Part shown: positions 59,164 to 64,000 of the stretch, piece by piece
Layout: every line of letters starts with the position of its first letter
How positions within the stretch are numbered: position 1 is the stretch's first letter
Assembly (NCBI GenBank): GCA_965178125.1
Contig: OZ237741.1
Span: 434,001-498,000, forward strand
Length of the DNA stretch: 64,000 nucleotides
Direction of reading: 5' to 3'
From: Bilabrum cf. latius
Lineage: Eukaryota
Program-made: the position numbers and the translations under genes
Notes under the pieces: generated by a model
The model's database searches: none
What the model was told of the DNA's origin: nothing
The model's input: the letters and a program-made list of their open reading frames with translations, nothing else

Positions 59164-62100
59164 TCACACGGATGCAGCTGCTGCCCCATTGCCCTTAGAA
59201 GATGCGGCAGACGATGGCTTGGCGGCACCAGCATCCACAGAAGCCGCCTAATCAGGTTCGGTGGCAGTCTTGGAGCTGCTACCCTGGGTCTGCCCTTGCT
59301 TCCGCATGTAGCTCCATGTAGCCAGCCCGACGACGACAGCTGCAATCAGCCCGGCCAGCACGCCGATCGCAATGATCGCCCCATTGGAGCCTTCGTCGTC
59401 ACCATCGGAGCCCGTCGTCTCAGCAGGAGGCAGCGACCCGCTGAACACGGCCGGCGACCCTGCACTCGTCGACACGCTGGTGGCCACGTTTTGGAATACC
59501 GCGCTGTTCTCGGTGGCCAGCTCGGTGGCCAGGGTGCCCGAGGACACGCTGGCAACCAGAGTCGTGGACAGCAGTGCAGCCTCCTAGGCGCTCTACGCCG
59601 CCACGGCCACGGTGACCTCCTGCTGGGAGCCTCCTGCCCCCTGCAGCCTGCGGCCCGCGCTCGCGCCCGGCACCTTGACTGCCACGCGGGACGCCTCCAC
59701 GTCCAGTACAGAGGCGCAGGCAGCCTGCAGGTCGGGAGCCGCATCGCAAGAGAGGTCTCCAGCCACGCCAGCCAGGCTCAGGCGGGCCCCTGCCACGGAA
59801 GGGTAGTCGCCGCTGGTGTGGGCATCGGCAGTGCCGGGGCAGTACTCGTTTGTGAGCTCCTCCATGCCCACGGCAACGGGTGCAGCGGACGTGCTGGGCG
59901 TAAGGGATGGACTAGCATCGGGCGCTGTGCTAGGAGAGGGCTCGCCACCGCCGTCTGTCTTGCCACCACTGCTCCCGCCATTTCCGCCGGCAGCGGCCGC
60001 TGGGCTACTGCTGGCGCTGGCGCTGGCGCTGGGGCTGGGACTGCTGCTTGCACTGGGGGCTGGGCTGGGCGGCGCGCTGGACCCGCACAGCACCTCTGGC
60101 TCCACGCACGTGATGGTGCCTTCCATGTCAGTCACGGAGCGGGTCTGGCCCCCGTCACCCTTGTTGCACACCACGCCCTGCTGCACCCCGTCCCCGTTGG
60201 CATTCTGGGGCTGGATGGTCAGGATGGGACTGGTGGGGTCCGTGCGGTCGCACGAGTACCTGTAGCAGCCTGCGGCACTCCGGCTGAACGAGTTGCCGTG
60301 CTTGAGAGAGGTGACGAAGCACGCCGAGTCGTGCTGGCTGCCGTAGTAGGCGCCGATCTCCTGCCACGTGCCGGCACGACTCGTTCCTGCCTGGCTCTCT
60401 CCGCACATCCAGTTGCTGGCAATGTATGGCAGCAGGTCCATCTGCTCGATGTTGCCGGCCTTGGTCGCGTCGCTAAAGTACCGGAACTGGTCCTCCATGG
60501 CAGACCCGTAGTTCACTGCCTGGCACTGCCCCGTGGCCCTGAGGTCGAACGAGCAGTAGTTGGTGGCACCACCAGCAAGGCAGAAGAAGGGGTCATCGTT
60601 GCGGACAGCCGACGCGGTCTTAACCACCTGCAGGTCAGCGTAGGGCTGGGTGGGATCTGCCGGGTACACACCCCTCTTCTTGTGGATGTCGCAGCCGGCC
60701 TGGTGGCCCCACTCCCTCCCGGGGGAGAAGTCCAGGTGTGCGGAATCGTAGTTGCCCTTGTACCACCCAGAGGCCTCGAAGAAGGCCAGCGTCATCGGTG
60801 TGATGATGTCGTGCTCAGTAGCGATTGGGGTCATGAGGTCCGCGAACATGGACCTCTGCTCCCAGTGGGAGGCAACCAGCCCGCAGGACGTGTCCTGGTT
60901 CTCGAGCTCGGGCCCGTTGATCTCGTTGCAGGCGAACCACTCCCGGGCGGCTTGCTTGGTCTTGGGCAGCACCACGCGCTGGGTGCACTTGTCCCTGCCG
61001 ATCCTGGCGGCGTCCTCGATGCTGCTGCACGCGGGCTGGCCCCGCTCGCTCGTGAACTCGACCATGCTCGCTGGGAACTTCTCCTGGCTGCCGCAGCGCT
61101 GGGTGGAGATCGTGGGGTGCCAGCCGTTGGAGTCCGTGGGAAACAGGGGGTCGAGCGTATCGGGATCGCGGAACAGAGCGAAACTATCCGAGCTGAAGCC
61201 TAGAGAATGCATCTGCGCAAGGTGACTCAGTCAATTGCAGCGTACGGATGTGTGTCACGATGCGGAGTTGGAGCATGATCGGGACAGTGCCGGAGACTCT
61301 AGCACCAATGGATCCTTTTTCATTGTTGAACATCGTGCCCCTCAGGTAACCTCACCATCTCATGCACAGCAACCATGGTCTACTTGCGAGCAGCAGCCGG
61401 GCTGTTCTCAAGCTTGGTCGGGCACTGGTTGTACCGGCCTGCGATGCAAAGGTATCAAAGACACAATATAAATCGGTATTCGGGCAGTGGGACAATACAA
61501 GCGGAAGGAACAGCGAGCATTCTTGGCGCCCCTTACCTGCAATTGGCCTGTCGATGTCGTCCCGTAGGCAAGTGGATGCGTAGGCAAGCGTGGCTCCCCC
61601 GCACTAAGCAGTGTTCTTAGCAGTAACAACAAGAATGAAGTCCGCGTTAGGTGCCCCGGTCCCTCCCGGCACCGTCGTTTCGTCGCCATTGCTTGAGTAC
61701 TAGGTTGCCTCACCGTAGTAGCTCTCACTGAGGACTTCGCCACCGCACGATCCATCCCCCGTGCGAATCTCGCCGCATTTCCATTCACCGTTGACCCAGG
61801 TCTGGGAGGCGCACTTTCTTCCGAGGAAAAGCACAGAATCGTCGGTGCGCTGCCGCACACGCATTGTGTCCTGAATCATTGCCACGGCTGGCTCGACCAC
61901 GTTTGTCTTGAAGTACGCCAGATCAGAGGCACTGAAAGCAGCAACATTCACGTAATCAACATGGATTCGAAGCGGTCGCCACTGCTGCTCCTCAAGAGCC
62001 CGGGCGGTTCGAGGATGCGGCGGATGCCTCTCGGGGTTCAGGATGCCTCTCGGCGCCACGACAGGGCTGTCTCCGGCGTCAAGCAGAGCCTAGCGCTGCT

Positions 62101-62206
62101 CCTCCATATCCTACTCATGACCACAGAAAGACCCATCGGCATGCACGTGCGCATGTACCGACGCGAACGAGGCGAATGCAGCAATTACTGAAGCTAGCGT
62201 CAGCAT
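59164..62206 (-). CDS. Leishmanolysin/invadolysin-like M8 metalloprotease, copy 2, ~933 aa
   Basis: Near-identical to copy 1 at an offset of ~8123 bp, with the same two introns (61439-61536, 61213-61355) and HEMMH. TGA 59164. Confidence 0.9.
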
Positions 62207-62750
62207 CGCTCTCTGCGTCCATCTCGTGAACAGGTCAAAAAGGGACATATTATAGATACACAGGCCCATTATGACTAATCAATTGTTAAACGTGACTAAA
62301 ATCGCAAGATCGCAGGCCGTTGCAATCTCAAAGCAAGAGCTGGGAGCCTGGTTCTGTGCAAGCGAGCACCACGGCATGATTCACGGTACACAGGCACGGG
62401 CAGGTGTTTCTCGAATCCCAGACCGACCAGAAATGAACTTACAGATAGTAAGATGCGTGCTGTGGGACAGCTAGCCAGCAGAATTGATTATTGCCGTGCT
62501 TGAGGCACTCAAGTTTTTGACGACCCGCCTGTTGAATGGTTGTACGAACTGTATTACAGCGGTTGCAACTGAGATGCAAAACAGCACGTAACCCACTCGC
62601 GACTGCACGGTGCAGTGAGCAGTCTGCACCGCTTGCACCGCGGAAGTTCAACTCGAAACGCATCGTCTCAGTGAATCAAGCAGTTGGGACCTTAAAGCTG
62701 CGTCTTCAGGGCCAGCCACTGGCGTCGATTACGGCAACCTCGCAGCGACC

Positions 62751-63131
62751 ATGCAAGACCCTCAGCAGGACTCCGAGCCGCTCAGCCCCGCCATTGACGA
62801 GATTGAACCCGCTGCCTGGGCGCTGATCATCGCCGCCGGGAGCGGTAGCGGCACCGTGCTGTCCGAGATGCGAGCAGGCCTGCAGCAGACTGCAGGCATC
62901 AGCATGGACTACGTCGAGGACGGCAGGGGAAGAGCGCGGGGAAGGGTGCAGCGGTGGCCATTGCCCAGCCCCAGCCCCAGTCCGACTTCGAGCCCGAGCC
63001 CCACGGCCAGCAGCAGCATGCTGCCGCCGAGAGCGAGCAGAGCCCCGACCTCGCCTCGCCCTCGCCCTCGCCGCAATAAGGTCCTTGTCATATTTGCAGT
63101 CTCGTCAATAGTGATGAGCAACGGCTGGTGA
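62751..63131 (+). other. Possible gene fragment with a Pro/Ser repeat (PSPSPSPT)
   Basis: GC-rich, coding-like island in lower-GC surroundings; no recognisable domain. Confidence 0.2.
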
Positions 63132-64000
63132 TTAATTCGGAGCAATACAAATCTATACATTTGAATGCACTGTGTTCAAGTGCCTTAACCAGGTTTCGCG
63201 GGCTTGCAATGTCCGGATCATCAGGGCAGCCCCATACTATAGTAGTAGCGGGGTCCTGAACAGGCTGGTCGCTTGCACAGTGTCGTGCACTCTGGCGATC
63301 TGCAGCAATCGCGAGGTTCAAAGCAAGCCGTAGAACACTCTAGTCGGAGGTCCTGCTTCGCATGAATTTGCCCAAAAGAGCAGCAGTGGGTTGGATGGTC
63401 GTGCGACCACGCCCGCTGTGTGCGACCCTCGAGTTGCCTGATGAGGGTCGGCTCCGATTCCACTGATCCGGTCCACGCTTGTAGCTTGCAAGCGCCATTC
63501 CTATCCCCTCATAGTTGTCGACGCACTCCTAGTGAAAACACTAATCACTGCTTGCACGCGCGGTCGTCGGTGATTGGCTCTGCAAAGCTGGCAGTGCAAG
63601 GTTCGGTTGAGCATGAAGTCCGTTTCATGCGCGTTGCTTTGTCTGGGCATCGGGTTTGTGTTGGCCCAGGACAGCTGCACAGTATCTACTAGTAGTGTGG
63701 CATAGCTAGTGGTGACCGAAGCACGAATGTAGCAGTGTTTCGAAGCAATGCATAGGAATTACACCTCTTGGTCACAGTCCGCAGAAGCAATTGTGGCAAC
63801 CGCAAGCCAGCACGCATATATGGACCTGTAGCGGCAATCAGGGCCCCCATTCGTGTATAAGCTGTAGACGCTTAGGAGCCTACGAGCACTTGCATGTGCT
63901 GCTCGAGTGCTGGACGGTTCTGCCAGCGCTGCGTAGAGGCAATTCGCGCTAGATAATGGCGGGCTCTGTCGACAAGACTCATCTGCTTCACTCTAGCCTG

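Larger units (their letters stand above)
50910..62532. repeat. Direct duplication of a ~3.5-kb M8 gene unit (about 50910-54385 and 59052-62532)
   Basis: Similarity extends through both introns, the 3' flank (ttcaggatccgggtac) and ~300 bp of 5' flank. Confidence 0.9.

Noticed and set aside
59089-61203. 704-aa plus-strand ORF (and similar ones at 26508-28052, 28092-29138, 51158-52132)
   Set aside because: These are antisense shadows of GC3-rich genes and carry no motifs.
1-62206. A cluster of pseudogenes with premature stops
   Set aside because: Interruptions are exclusively TAG, motifs and splice sites are intact, and conserved housekeeping and axonemal genes are affected. Random decay would also give TGA, TAA and frameshifts.
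1-64000. Pyrrolysine or selenocysteine decoding, or a prokaryotic or phage origin
   Set aside because: Spliceosomal introns and eukaryote-specific genes are present. TAG is frequent and sits at Gln positions, and TGA acts as the terminator.
1-64000. Suppressor tRNA-Gln(CUA) or other RNA gene in the window
   Set aside because: No cloverleaf or rRNA-like sequence recognised by eye in the short intergenic regions; tRNAscan-SE is needed to exclude one.
63140-64000. Possible gene at the right edge
   Set aside because: No recognisable motif or convincing long frame, even with TAG read as Gln.

Overview
GC-rich, gene-dense nuclear DNA from a flagellated eukaryote. It has short GT-AG spliceosomal introns and the axonemal genes DRC3, RIB43A and a SHIPPO-repeat protein; the lineage cannot be fixed from sequence alone. 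The main result is a non-standard genetic code. Nearly every gene is broken in the ORF track only by in-frame TAG codons, and these fall at conserved Gln positions (D-Q-RG, FR-Q-DLR) and swap with CAG between two paralogs, so UAG most likely encodes Gln. All 14 complete host genes plus one mobile-element ORF end in TGA, and I found no in-frame TAA in any gene. Read with TAG=Gln, the window holds 15 host genes: a DOCK-family GEF, DRC3, an ABCB half-transporter, a heparinase II/III-like lyase, a SHIPPO-repeat protein, an orphan ~1556-aa membrane protein, MYBBP1A/Pol5, an EF-hand LPCAT, a Dsc3-like protein, RIB43A, a RING-photolyase/cryptochrome fusion, a proline iminopeptidase, a ~2286-aa multi-pass calpain lacking its catalytic triad, and two tandem leishmanolysin (M8) genes. 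Between the M8 copies lies a 4.2-kb hAT-type DNA transposon with a 5-bp TSD, with a matching empty site in the paralogous copy. It carries a non-LTR-type CCHC plus restriction-like endonuclease ORF that also uses TAG as a sense codon. All family assignments come from recalled motifs, not database searches.
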